NCBI GenBank assembly: GCA_035708205.1
Contig: DASSSY010000008.1
Coordinates: 88,314-152,313, forward strand
Origin: Edaphocola sp.
GTDB lineage: Bacteria > Bacteroidota > Bacteroidia > Chitinophagales > Chitinophagaceae
Reading direction: 5' to 3'
DNA: 64,000 nt
Part shown: positions 45,940-55,897 of the stretch, piece by piece
Position numbering within the stretch: position 1 is the first letter of the stretch
How the letters are laid out: every line of letters begins with the position of its first letter
Position numbers and translations under genes: made by a program
The notes under the pieces: generated by a model
The model's input: only the letters and a program-made list of their open reading frames with translations
Databases searched by the model: none
Told to the model about the DNA's origin: nothing

Positions 45940-48216
45940 ATGGGACATTTACCGGATTTAATTTATGATCTAGCCCTGATTTTGATTACTGGCGCAGCGG
46001 CCACCATTATTTTCCGAAAAATAAGACAACCGTTAGTGCTGGGCTATATCATCGCGGGTTTTTTGGTTGGCCCCTATTTTCATTTATTTCCGACTGTTGC
46101 CGATAAGGATAATATCAAAATACTGGCCGAAATAGGCGTCATATTTTTACTGTTCAGCCTTGGTCTGGAGTTTAGTTTTAAGAAGCTGATCCGGGTGGGT
46201 GGTGCCGCTTCTATTACGGCTTTGGTGGAAATTGTAGTGATCACGGTGGCCGGTTATTATGCCGGTAAATTTCTCGGATGGTCCACCATGGATAGCCTTT
46301 TTCTCGGGGGTATGCTGGCCAGTTCGTCAACAACGATTATTATCCGTGCTTTTGAGGAGTTGGGTATTAAATCAAGACCTTTTGCCCGTATTGTATTTGG
46401 CGTTTTAATTGTAGAAGATATTGTGGTCATCCTTCTGATGGTGCTTCTGTCCACGATTGCGGTGACCCAACAAGTGGAAGGCGCGGAAATCGTTTTTACC
46501 ATTTCCAAGCTGCTCTTTTTTCTGGCCATCTGGTTTATTGTGGGCATCTACCTGCTGCCGACTTTTCTCAAAAAAGCAAAATCGCTTTTGAACGAAGAAA
46601 CCATCTTGATCCTGTCGCTGGGCCTTTGTCTCGGTATGGTGGTTCTGGCCACAAGAGTTGGATTTTCGGCAGAATTGGGCGCCTTTATTATGGGTTCTAT
46701 TATGGCTGAAACCACAGCGGCAGAAAAAGTGGAACATATTACCAAACCGGTGAAAGACCTCTTTGGCGCGGTGTTTTTCGTTTCTGTGGGCATGATGATT
46801 GACCCGCGGGCGATGGTGGAATATGGCATACCGGTCATTATCATTACACTGCTGACTTTGTTTGGTAAACTTATCAGCACAACTATTGGGGCTTTGCTTT
46901 CCGGCCAGCCGCTGAAACAATCCGTACAGGTGGGTATGAGCATGGCACAGATTGGAGAATTTGCTTTTATTGTCGCCACTTTAGGCTTGTCATTGGGTGT
47001 GATTTCAGAATTTTTATTTCCGGTTGCCGTCGCCGCTTCCGCCATCACGACTTTCAGTACGCCGTATCTGATAAAATATTCGGGGCCGTTTTACGACTTT
47101 ATTGAGCGTCGCCTTCCGGCAAAATGGGTGGATTATTTGAATAGTTATACCAGAAGTACGCAGACTATTCAGGCGGAAAGTCACTGGAAAAAAGCGTTGG
47201 TTGGCTATATAAAAATCATCGCGGTTAACGGCATTATTATTTTGAGTATTGTTTTGTTGTCGGTTAATTTTTTAGTTCCCTTTTTGAGGGAGACGATTCC
47301 GAATAGCCTGCTGGCCGGGGTTTTAGCTTTGGTCGTGACACTTGGGGTATGTTTGCCTTTTCTGTATGCCCTGATGGCCAAACGTTCCCGGAACATGGCC
47401 TATAAAACCCTTTGGACGAAGACTAAATACAGCCACGGCCCCTTGCTGGTGCTGGAAGTGGCCCGGTTGGCCGCGGGCGTGTTGCTCATCGGCTTTTGTG
47501 TGTCGCAAATATATAACGATCTCACGGCGCTTATTGTGTCCATTCCTTTAATCGTGGTCATCATTTTTGTCTTTTCTAAAAAAGTACAGGGCATTTATCA
47601 ACGCATTGAAGAACGGTTTTTCGGGAATCTTAATGCCCGGGAATATGCGGAATATCATACCCTTTCCGCACATGTCAACCGGAAAGCCAGCGAAATTCAA
47701 AGTGAACTGATGCCCTGGAATGCCTCCATTATTTCCTTGACAGTACCTCAAATGGCGGTTTATATCGGCAAAAACTTAGTGGAACTGGCATGGCGGGAAA
47801 GGTTTGGTATCAATATCGTTTACATTAAGCGCGGTGAAAAAATCATTCATCCACCCGGAAAAGCGGATGTTTTGCTGCCTTTGGACACGATTGGCGTGAT
47901 TGCGACGGATGAACAAATGCAGGTGTTTAAACCTTATTTTGATACTGAGGAAAAGGTTGTGACCAACGAAAAACTGTTAGATACAATTGTTTTGGACAAA
48001 ATACTCGTGAAAGAAAATAGTCCATTGATTGGTATTGATATTCATTCTTCGGGCATTAAAGAAAAAACCGATGGTCTGGTGATTGGTATTGAGCGGCAAA
48101 ATGTCCGGTTGCTAAACCCCGAATCCACAACCGTTTTTGAAAAAGACGATTTAGTCTGGATTGTAGGTAATAAAGAAAAAATCATGGCTTTCAAAAAACC
48201 GGGAATGGTTGTGTAA
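45940..48216 (+). CDS. CPA2-type cation:proton antiporter with C-terminal RCK_C (TrkA-C) domains
   Basis: Na+/H+-exchanger TM core (QPLVLGYIIAGFLVGP) and two C-terminal TrkA-C-like repeats. Confidence 0.8.
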   Translation: MGHLPDLIYDLALILITGAAATIIFRKIRQPLVLGYIIAGFLVGPYFHLFPTVADKDNIKILAEIGVIFLLFSLGLEFSFKKLIRVGGAASITALVEIVVITVAGYYAGKFLGWSTMDSLFLGGMLASSSTTIIIRAFEELGIKSRPFARIVFGVLIVEDIVVILLMVLLSTIAVTQQVEGAEIVFTISKLLFFLAIWFIVGIYLLPTFLKKAKSLLNEETILILSLGLCLGMVVLATRVGFSAELGAFIMGSIMAETTAAEKVEHITKPVKDLFGAVFFVSVGMMIDPRAMVEYGIPVIIITLLTLFGKLISTTIGALLSGQPLKQSVQVGMSMAQIGEFAFIVATLGLSLGVISEFLFPVAVAASAITTFSTPYLIKYSGPFYDFIERRLPAKWVDYLNSYTRSTQTIQAESHWKKALVGYIKIIAVNGIIILSIVLLSVNFLVPFLRETIPNSLLAGVLALVVTLGVCLPFLYALMAKRSRNMAYKTLWTKTKYSHGPLLVLEVARLAAGVLLIGFCVSQIYNDLTALIVSIPLIVVIIFVFSKKVQGIYQRIEERFFGNLNAREYAEYHTLSAHVNRKASEIQSELMPWNASIISLTVPQMAVYIGKNLVELAWRERFGINIVYIKRGEKIIHPPGKADVLLPLDTIGVIATDEQMQVFKPYFDTEEKVVTNEKLLDTIVLDKILVKENSPLIGIDIHSSGIKEKTDGLVIGIERQNVRLLNPESTTVFEKDDLVWIVGNKEKIMAFKKPGMVV

Positions 48217-48244
48217 GCGATAAGTCATCACTGTTTTTGTGTTC

Positions 48245-48285
48245 GAAAATGGAAGTCGCCGGTTTACCGGGCGACTTCCATTTTC
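48245..48285. terminator. Bidirectional terminator hairpin between convergent genes
   Basis: gaaaatggaagtcgcc ggtttacc gggcgacttccattttc. Confidence 0.6.
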
Positions 48286-48306
48286 ACAACTATAAGCGTC
48301 ACTTTG

Positions 48307-48879
48307 CTATGATGCTTCTCCCATAATAATATTCTGAAGTTTGTAAGCGAACTGGGCATTCAGGATGCCATAAAGAATGGAAAAACCGCCGATAATAACA
48401 AATGAGGCCGTCGGGCCGAATTTTCCCGAAATTAAACCTACGGCAATGATACAGCCTACATTTAATGAAACGAACCGGGCAATTAGGTTCTTGGCATGAA
48501 AGATATCCGCCAGCAATAAAGTAAACCCGTAAATAAATTGTACAATAACAATAAACAGGATCCCGTAACTCATGAAGAGCAAAAAATGCTGAAGGTCATG
48601 AACAAAAAAAGTAAAGGTAATGCCTGCGGCAAATTCTACCAGGGATTCTAACAACAGCCATTGCTTTGAAATGCTTAAATGGGCGTTTTTCAGGCTGAAC
48701 AACAGTGTCAGTATACCGGCCAGAATGTTGAGAACGCCAAAAGTATAAACTAAAATAAGCGGATTGCTCATCGTGCCGGCAAATAATGCAAAAATACCCC
48801 ATAAAATGGCCAACGCTCCTTTAATGACCAACAAATTGTTTTGTCGGGTCTCGATTTGATTATGAATGACCGTTTCCAT
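48307..48879 (-). CDS. HdeD/DUF308-family membrane protein
   Basis: Six TM helices with a repeated ~60-aa pattern. 190 aa. Confidence 0.55.
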   Translation of the reverse strand: METVIHNQIETRQNNLLVIKGALAILWGIFALFAGTMSNPLILVYTFGVLNILAGILTLLFSLKNAHLSISKQWLLLESLVEFAAGITFTFFVHDLQHFLLFMSYGILFIVIVQFIYGFTLLLADIFHAKNLIARFVSLNVGCIIAVGLISGKFGPTASFVIIGGFSILYGILNAQFAYKLQNIIMGEAS

Positions 48880-48957
48880 GACCTTATAGTTTTAGTGCAT
48901 AGACATAACAATCGGGAATGCTAAAATGTTTTGACCTGTACCGGGTTTAAGATTTTA

Positions 48958-51213
48958 TTATCTTATCAGCGTAATATCGCCCTGAAGATGAAGTTTGGTG
49001 CCATCGGCAAAACGGATATCGAGAAAATAATAGTAAACTCCTGCCTCCGCCGGCTGACCGTTGGCGTAAGTGCCGTTCCAGCCATTCGTTAAGCTTCTGT
49101 CTGTCCGATAGACCAGTTGCCCGTAGCGGTTAAAAATTTTAAAAGTGCCTACTTCAAATCCGCTCTTGTTCACAAAATAAGGCCTGAAGATGTCATTAAG
49201 GCCGTCTCCATTGGGTGAAAATGCCGTAGGCATAAAAGCATTCGGATACAAACTGTCTACTGATACATTCAGGGTATCGCTGGCCGGACAGCCGTCGTCG
49301 TCCTGACCGGACACGATAAATGTATATATGCCGGGGTGAAGAGGGATGAAGTGTTGATCGTAGGCATTTTGAACCGGGAATTCACTTACTGGCTGCCAGG
49401 AAAGCACCTGGTAACTATTGTCGTTGGCATGGGTTTTCAAGCGGACAAAGACATTGGTCGCCGGCGAATCCGGATCGGCAGTCAGGCTGATCTGGAAATG
49501 TACGGGACTGATAGTGACATATCTAATAGCGCTGTCACAGCCCATCGTATTTTGGAAAGTGTCAATGAGGGTAATATTATTGTAATAGGTTTTTCCTTCG
49601 TAAATCACGCTGTCACAATTAACCACACTATAATAATGAGGCTCGTAATGATTCGGGTAAACAATAATATGAGTGATCCGGTAAATGCTGTCGCAGCCGT
49701 ATTGATTGCGGATGGTGTCTTGTAGCGTTTGCGTGCTGTGATATTGCTTGCCATTAAACCATACCAGCCCGCAGCCCGCAGTGTCTGTAATTTCAGAAAC
49801 GGTATCGATGGGATGGACAATAATATCTAATTGCGCGTAAACGCTGTCACAGCCATAGCTGCTGATGATCGTGTCTGATGCGGTTTGTGTCTGGGTGTAG
49901 GTCTGATTGTTGAATACGACTTCGCCGCAGCCTTCCAGATGATAGGAAGTTGCTGTAGGATATTGAACCGTAAGGTTGAGATAGGTCAAAGAGTCACAAC
50001 CGGCAGCAGACTGGGTGAAATAACTGGCGGCATGCGTTCCGCCGGCGTTAACGACAATGCCGTTCCAGGTATAGGGCAAGGCGTCCGGGCAAATGGTAAC
50101 ATGCTCGTTGGCCAGGATGGTATCCGTAACGATCAGGTTGAGCGTCACCACCGAATCGCAACCGCTGACGTTTGGAAAGGTGGCCTGAGCGACGGCCTGG
50201 CCGCCGTGTGTGATGATCTGGCCATACCAATGATAGGGTAGCTGGTTTTCGCAAATATGATCAGTAACGGTGGAATTTAGTTTATAGACCTGCATGTTCA
50301 GGGAATCCGGCAGCATTAACGGGTTATCGCATAAATCCAGCAACGTGTTGCCGTCAGTGCCATTTTGGGCATGAATGATGTATTGTCCCGGCAAAAGCGG
50401 GTTGTTGAACAATAATTTTACCTGATTGGTATAGCCCTGGCTGCCGGTGCAGTTTATACCTTGTGCGGAAGCAATGCTGCCGCTGCTAAGAGAAAAATCG
50501 CTGCCGTCAGAGGCGATCGAGGCGCAGGTTACCGGTTTATTGAGGGTAATGATGGCGTAATGGCTGTCAGTGCATGGATTTTGGATGCTGTCCAATGTTG
50601 GCGGAGCAGCATTATTGAACGTGGCGGTGGAGCCTGAAAAATCTATCGTAAAACCGGAACTTGGATTGCCGTTATAGCCGAAATTATTGATCATGATCAG
50701 GTACACATCTCCGGCCTGGGCGGAAATATATTTGCAATAGTTATGGCCAATGGTGCCGGCGGTAACACCGGTTTCGGCGGAGACCATATTTAAGCCGGTA
50801 ATGCCGTTATTGGTGACCTGCGCGTTCTGATTAAAATTGCAACGTACCACCTGTGAAGGACTTAGGTTGTTGCAATTGCTACTGGTAATATTTAAAACCG
50901 CCCAGTCATAATCGTCCAGGTAATTAGCCGGTGTGATCTCAAAGACAATAGTGCCCGGAGTGCTGACCTCTAAGCGCAGCCACATATCATTACCTTCTCC
51001 CGTACTGGAGCCAAAGGAAACTTCACAGGGCGTGGTGCTGAGATCTTTTTTTGTGCCATGTCCGACGTAGCTGTAAGGCGTATGAAAACTGTTCCCGCAA
51101 AGCAGAAGTGCATTGCAGGCATCCTGTTCCGGCTGATCGGGAGGCAGTTGTTGTCCTATAGCCGAAAGGCTTACCGCTAAATAGCAAAGCATCAGTATAC
51201 AGACTTTTTTCAT
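48958..51213 (-). CDS. T9SS type B sorting-domain (gliding-motility C-terminal domain) secreted protein with internal Cys-containing repeats
   Basis: Signal peptide. C-terminus reads FSPNGDGLNDIFRP...NRYGQLVY...WNG. There are five or more ~50-aa modules ending in GCDS(V/L/I/A). Confidence 0.8.
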   Translation of the reverse strand: MKKVCILMLCYLAVSLSAIGQQLPPDQPEQDACNALLLCGNSFHTPYSYVGHGTKKDLSTTPCEVSFGSSTGEGNDMWLRLEVSTPGTIVFEITPANYLDDYDWAVLNITSSNCNNLSPSQVVRCNFNQNAQVTNNGITGLNMVSAETGVTAGTIGHNYCKYISAQAGDVYLIMINNFGYNGNPSSGFTIDFSGSTATFNNAAPPTLDSIQNPCTDSHYAIITLNKPVTCASIASDGSDFSLSSGSIASAQGINCTGSQGYTNQVKLLFNNPLLPGQYIIHAQNGTDGNTLLDLCDNPLMLPDSLNMQVYKLNSTVTDHICENQLPYHWYGQIITHGGQAVAQATFPNVSGCDSVVTLNLIVTDTILANEHVTICPDALPYTWNGIVVNAGGTHAASYFTQSAAGCDSLTYLNLTVQYPTATSYHLEGCGEVVFNNQTYTQTQTASDTIISSYGCDSVYAQLDIIVHPIDTVSEITDTAGCGLVWFNGKQYHSTQTLQDTIRNQYGCDSIYRITHIIVYPNHYEPHYYSVVNCDSVIYEGKTYYNNITLIDTFQNTMGCDSAIRYVTISPVHFQISLTADPDSPATNVFVRLKTHANDNSYQVLSWQPVSEFPVQNAYDQHFIPLHPGIYTFIVSGQDDDGCPASDTLNVSVDSLYPNAFMPTAFSPNGDGLNDIFRPYFVNKSGFEVGTFKIFNRYGQLVYRTDRSLTNGWNGTYANGQPAEAGVYYYFLDIRFADGTKLHLQGDITLIR

Positions 51214-51397
51214 TTTATATCATACTTTCTGTAAAAAAAATAACTTAACGAAGCGGGACCGGGATTATTTCAGTAAAAATATAATTAATTCTTAAAATAG
51301 AAGCATAGCTTTTTCCTATGGATTGTTTATTTTCGTTAATCAGGCTTATTCCCGGTAAAGAATGAAATTGTACCTTTGCTAAAGAAAAATTCAAATT

Positions 51398-52345
51398 ATG
51401 TCTGAAACTGCATTGAACGATAAATTCTTAAAAACCATTGCGGATGATTCTAAAATAGAACCCCGGGACTGGATGCCGGAAGACTATCGTAAAACGCTTA
51501 TCCGCCAGATTTCCCAGCATGCGCACAGTGAAATAGTGGGCATGCTGCCCGAAGGCAATTGGATCACCCGTGCGCCGTCGTTGCGTCGTAAAGCCGTTTT
51601 GCTGGCGAAGGTTCAGGACGAGGCCGGGCATGGCTTATATCTTTATAGCGCTGCTGAAACTTTAGGCATCAGCCGGGATGAGATGCTGGAACAATTGCAT
51701 TCGGGTAAAGCAAAGTATTCCTCAATTTTTAATTATCCTACCATTACCTGGGCTGACATGGGAGCTATCGGATGGCTGGTCGATGGCGCGGCCATTATGA
51801 ACCAGGTGCCGTTGTGCCGTTGCTCTTACGGGCCTTACAGCCGGGCCATGATCCGGGTATGCAAGGAAGAAAGTTTTCATCAACGCCAGGGCTTTGAGAT
51901 ATTACTGAGCCTTTGCAGGGGAACGGCATTGCAGAAGAAGATGGCGCAGGATGCTTTAAACCGCTGGTGGTGGCCTTCGATCATGATGTTTGGGCCCAAC
52001 GATGAGGATAGCCCCCATTCCAAACAAAGCATGGCCTGGAAAATCAAGCGCTTTAGCAACGATGACCTGCGCCAGAAGTTTATTGATGTGACCGCCGAAC
52101 AGGCTAAGGTCCTGGGGCTGACTATCCCGGACAAGGACCTGAAATGGAATGAAGAGCGCGGGCATTACGATTTCGGTGATATCAACTGGGACGAGTTCTG
52201 GAATGTGGTCAAAGGCAACGGTCCCTGCAACAAAGAACGCTTAGCCGCCAGGAAATCAGCTTGGGAAGAAGGTGCCTGGGTGAGGGAAGCAGCGGCCGCT
52301 TTTGCAGAGAAACGCGGAGCTAAAAAACGTAAGGAGGCCGCGTAG
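51398..52345 (+). CDS. paaA: 1,2-phenylacetyl-CoA epoxidase subunit A-like di-iron protein
   Basis: Ferritin-like di-iron motifs ([28 protein letters not shown]). Confidence 0.75.
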   Translation: MSETALNDKFLKTIADDSKIEPRDWMPEDYRKTLIRQISQHAHSEIVGMLPEGNWITRAPSLRRKAVLLAKVQDEAGHGLYLYSAAETLGISRDEMLEQLHSGKAKYSSIFNYPTITWADMGAIGWLVDGAAIMNQVPLCRCSYGPYSRAMIRVCKEESFHQRQGFEILLSLCRGTALQKKMAQDALNRWWWPSIMMFGPNDEDSPHSKQSMAWKIKRFSNDDLRQKFIDVTAEQAKVLGLTIPDKDLKWNEERGHYDFGDINWDEFWNVVKGNGPCNKERLAARKSAWEEGAWVREAAAAFAEKRGAKKRKEAA

Positions 52346-52410
52346 TATTTTTTCATGAATTGTTTGTTTCTGTAAATAATTGATTATCTTTAAACTAAAG
52401 TTTTATTGGA

Positions 52411-53022
52411 ATGGAAATCGACAAAATAAAGAATAAAGGTCAGGCCAGGCTTTTTAAAAGTGAATATATGGAAATGATGACCAAGACACATCCTATTGTT
52501 ATTTACAGCATGTATTTTCCGGTTATTTTTTTCCTGCCTTATTATGGTCATTTTTTTCAGGAATTATCCTGGGGCAGAATAGCCTGGGTTTTTATTGCCG
52601 GCATCTTTGTCTGGACGTTTTTGGAATATATCCTGCATCGTTTCGTATTTCATATGACCTCGGAAAATCCCCGGATAAAAAGAATCGCTTATACCATGCA
52701 TGGTGTCCATCATGAGTATCCGCGGGACAGGGAACGCTTGTTCATGCCGCCGATCCCAAGCATTATCGCGGCTTCACTGTTTTTCTGCCTTTTTTACCTG
52801 ATTATGGGCTGGAACGCTCTGGCATTTTTCCCCGGCTTTATGCTGGGCTATATTTCTTATGGCTCCATGCACTATGCCATCCATGCTTTTAAACCACCGC
52901 ATTGGTTAAAGGCGCTTTGGCGTAATCATCATTTACATCATTATAAATATCCTGAACTGGGTTTTGGCGTGAGCTCGGTGCTTTGGGATCATGTTTTCCG
53001 CACCATTCCCCCTAAAAAATAA
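52411..53022 (+). CDS. Fatty-acid hydroxylase / sterol desaturase family membrane protein
   Basis: His boxes HRFVFH, HGVHHEYP and HHLHHY. Confidence 0.75.
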   Translation: MEIDKIKNKGQARLFKSEYMEMMTKTHPIVIYSMYFPVIFFLPYYGHFFQELSWGRIAWVFIAGIFVWTFLEYILHRFVFHMTSENPRIKRIAYTMHGVHHEYPRDRERLFMPPIPSIIAASLFFCLFYLIMGWNALAFFPGFMLGYISYGSMHYAIHAFKPPHWLKALWRNHHLHHYKYPELGFGVSSVLWDHVFRTIPPKK

Positions 53023-53251
53023 GGGAAAATGAGAAATTTTATCCTGACCGGCTTTATGAGCCGGTCTTTTCATTATCTTTCACGGGAGCAGGGACTATGC
53101 TCATGCCGTTATGAGTTATGTTAGCGATCCTTGTTGATCCTCGTGCTTTTGAAAGCTATTGAGCAAAATTAAATTATTCGGTAACCTATATTGAGAAGAA
53201 TAACTTTAATGTTCGAATGCTATTATGGCCCATAGGTGTTACTTTCTTTTG

Positions 53252-53259
53252 TAATTTTG
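53252..53259 (+). promoter_or_regulatory. -7 promoter motif TAATTTTG (5 nt before the purB ATG)
   Basis: Exact TAnnTTTG match. It supports the ATG at 53265 as the start and a leaderless or near-leaderless mRNA. Confidence 0.35.
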
Positions 53260-53264
53260 TCCAC

Positions 53265-54617
53265 ATGAATTTTTCTTCGCTTACCGCAATTAGCCCGGTT
53301 GATGGCCGGTACCGTCAAAAAACAGCTGCTCTGGCGCCTTATTTTTCTGAATTTGGATTGATCCGCTATCGGGTGCGCATTGAGATTGAATATTTTCTGG
53401 CCTTGTCTGAGGAAGGCATTTTCCAATTGCCCAAAAGTTTTTCTCCGGTAGTGCTGCGCCGTCTTTACCAGGAATTTTCTGAAGAAGACGCACAGGTGGT
53501 CAAGGATATTGAACGGGAAACGAACCATGACGTCAAAGCAGTTGAATATTTTATCAAACGGCAATTAAAAGCTATTGATGCCAAAGATGCTGAAGCAGCA
53601 GGAGAGTGGATACATTTTGGCCTAACCTCACAGGACATCAATAACACTGCAATGCCTTTGTTGTGGAAAGAGGCCATCGAGGAGGTGTATTTACCATCCC
53701 TGCTAAACGTATTGTCCGCTTTGAAACGCATGGCTAACGACTGGATGGCTGTTCCCATGCTGGCGCGTACCCACGGCCAGCCGGCGTCCCCCACAAGACT
53801 GGGTAAAGAAATCATGGTTTTTGCGGAGCGACTGGACAACCAGATCCAGCAATTTTCACATGTGCCGTATGAAGCTAAATTTGGCGGGGCGACCGGTAAT
53901 TTTAACGCTCATGTCGTCGCCTTTCCGGAAAGGGATTGGGTAGCGTTTGGCAATCGTTTTGTGGATGAGAAGTTAGGTTTGGAACGGCTGCAATACACGA
54001 CCCAGATCGCTCATTACGATAATTTAGCCGCGCAGTTTGATGCTTTAAAGCGGATCAATACCATTGTCATTGATCTCTGCCGGGATATCTGGACCTATAT
54101 TTCCATGGAATATTTCAAACAGAAAACCAAGGCCGGAGAAGTAGGCTCCAGCGCCATGCCCCATAAGGTTAATCCCATAGATTTTGAGAATGCGGAAGGG
54201 AATCTGGGCTTGGCCAACGCTCTTTACGAGCATCTTTCGGCCAAATTGCCGGTTAGCCGTCTTCAACGTGACCTGACCGATTCTACCGTTTTGCGGAACG
54301 TTGGTATTCCACTGGCGCATAGTCTGATTGCCTTGCAATCCCTGGACAAAGGCTTAGGTAAGCTGATCTTAAATGAAACGGCTCTTGATCATGATCTGGA
54401 AGCCAATTGGGCGGTAGTGGCAGAAGCTATTCAAACTATCCTGCGCCGGGAGCAGTATCCGCGGCCTTATGAAGCCTTGAAAGCCCTGACCAGGGGAAAA
54501 GACGGCATCGATAAAAAGGCGATCCAGGAATTTGTGAAAGGATTGGAAGTATCCGACAAAATCAAAAAAGAGCTGTTAGCCATCACACCCCGGAATTATA
54601 TCGGCGTATCTTATTAA
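53265..54617 (+). CDS. purB: Adenylosuccinate lyase
   Basis: MNFSSLTAISPVDGRY at the N-terminus and the fumarate-lyase signature GSSAMPHKVNP. Confidence 0.95.
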   Translation: MNFSSLTAISPVDGRYRQKTAALAPYFSEFGLIRYRVRIEIEYFLALSEEGIFQLPKSFSPVVLRRLYQEFSEEDAQVVKDIERETNHDVKAVEYFIKRQLKAIDAKDAEAAGEWIHFGLTSQDINNTAMPLLWKEAIEEVYLPSLLNVLSALKRMANDWMAVPMLARTHGQPASPTRLGKEIMVFAERLDNQIQQFSHVPYEAKFGGATGNFNAHVVAFPERDWVAFGNRFVDEKLGLERLQYTTQIAHYDNLAAQFDALKRINTIVIDLCRDIWTYISMEYFKQKTKAGEVGSSAMPHKVNPIDFENAEGNLGLANALYEHLSAKLPVSRLQRDLTDSTVLRNVGIPLAHSLIALQSLDKGLGKLILNETALDHDLEANWAVVAEAIQTILRREQYPRPYEALKALTRGKDGIDKKAIQEFVKGLEVSDKIKKELLAITPRNYIGVSY

Positions 54618-54735
54618 GTGCTGAATATCGGGAGCAGCTCTCCGGCATTAGGTCATGTGGTACTTTGGAAGGTATTAAGGCCTCCCGGCTTTCGGTAATT
54701 TATGCGAATTATTTCTCAGGTGTCAGATATTACTT

Positions 54736-54743
54736 TATCTTTG
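54736..54743 (+). promoter_or_regulatory. -7 promoter motif TATCTTTG for rlmN
   Basis: 19 nt upstream of the ATG at 54763. Confidence 0.4.
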
Positions 54744-54762
54744 CAAAAATTTTAATACACAG

Positions 54763-55809
54763 ATGCAAAATCTGCGACATATTCCAGCTGAAGAGTTGAA
54801 ACTGAAGTTGAAAGAATGGAATGAACCTCTATTCCGGGCAAATCAGATCCGGGAATGGCTTTGGAAGAAGCACGCTGCCTCGGTTGAGGACATGAGTAAT
54901 TTGCCTAAATCATTACGGCAAAAGCTTTCCGGACACTATTTTATTCCCAAGGTGAAAGTGGATCACAGCCAGTTTAGCGCTGACGGTACGATTAAAAACC
55001 GTCTTCGTCTCCATGACGGGCAGATCATCGAAAGTGTTTTGATCCCCACCGAAAAACGGATGACGGCTTGCGTGTCTTCCCAGGCAGGCTGTAGCCTTAA
55101 TTGCAAATTTTGCGCTACCGGCTATTTAAAAAAAGGCCGGAACGTGGACTTTGATGAGATTGTCGATGAGGTGTCCCTGATTAATCAACAGGCCATTGAT
55201 CATTATGGCCGGCCATTGACCAACATTGTGTATATGGGCATGGGCGAACCTTTGCTGAATTATAAAAATGTGCTGCGTTCCATTGATATTATTACCGGTG
55301 CGGAAGGTATGGGGATGAGTCCCCGACGGATCACGGTTTCGACTTCCGGCATTGCCAAAATGATCAAAAAATTAGGCGATGATGAGGTGCGGTTTAAGCT
55401 GGCATTGTCCCTGCATTCGGGCAATGATGCAGTGCGCAGCGGGATGATGCCGTTTAATGATGCCAACAATATCCAGTCGCTGGTAGAGGCATTGAATTAT
55501 TTCTATCAGAAAACGAGGAATGAGATTACACTTGAATATATTTTGTTCAAAAACCTGAACGATAATGCTGAAGCTGCCACTGAACTCACAAAAGTCTATC
55601 GCCAGATTCCCGCGGACCTGGTCAATGTGATTGAATACAACGCCATTGACCAGGCTGATTTTGCGAAATCTGACGAGCGTACCACACAGGAATTTATGAA
55701 TTATCTTGAGCGGAACGGGGTCAATGCTCGCTTACGGCGCAGCCGCGGAAAAGATATTGACGCGGCTTGCGGCCAATTAGCGGACATCAACCGGCAGCCG
55801 GCGCTCTGA
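54763..55809 (+). CDS. rlmN: 23S rRNA/tRNA adenine-C2 methyltransferase RlmN (radical SAM)
   Basis: Radical-SAM CSLNCKFCATG, plus MGMGEPLLN and a C-terminal Cys (DIDAACGQL). Confidence 0.95.
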   Translation: MQNLRHIPAEELKLKLKEWNEPLFRANQIREWLWKKHAASVEDMSNLPKSLRQKLSGHYFIPKVKVDHSQFSADGTIKNRLRLHDGQIIESVLIPTEKRMTACVSSQAGCSLNCKFCATGYLKKGRNVDFDEIVDEVSLINQQAIDHYGRPLTNIVYMGMGEPLLNYKNVLRSIDIITGAEGMGMSPRRITVSTSGIAKMIKKLGDDEVRFKLALSLHSGNDAVRSGMMPFNDANNIQSLVEALNYFYQKTRNEITLEYILFKNLNDNAEAATELTKVYRQIPADLVNVIEYNAIDQADFAKSDERTTQEFMNYLERNGVNARLRRSRGKDIDAACGQLADINRQPAL

Positions 55810-55897
55810 GGGATCCGACAGGGTTTTTCCCTATTTCCTTTTCTGTTTCAAACATTGTTTTAAAGACATTATTTACATTATTAATAACCCTTGCGCT

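Noticed and set aside
46257-47751. Minus-strand ORFs inside the CPA2 antiporter gene
   Set aside because: They are antisense shadows of a 758-aa membrane protein gene. Their His/Gln/Arg-rich peptides are typical of the reverse frame of hydrophobic coding sequence.
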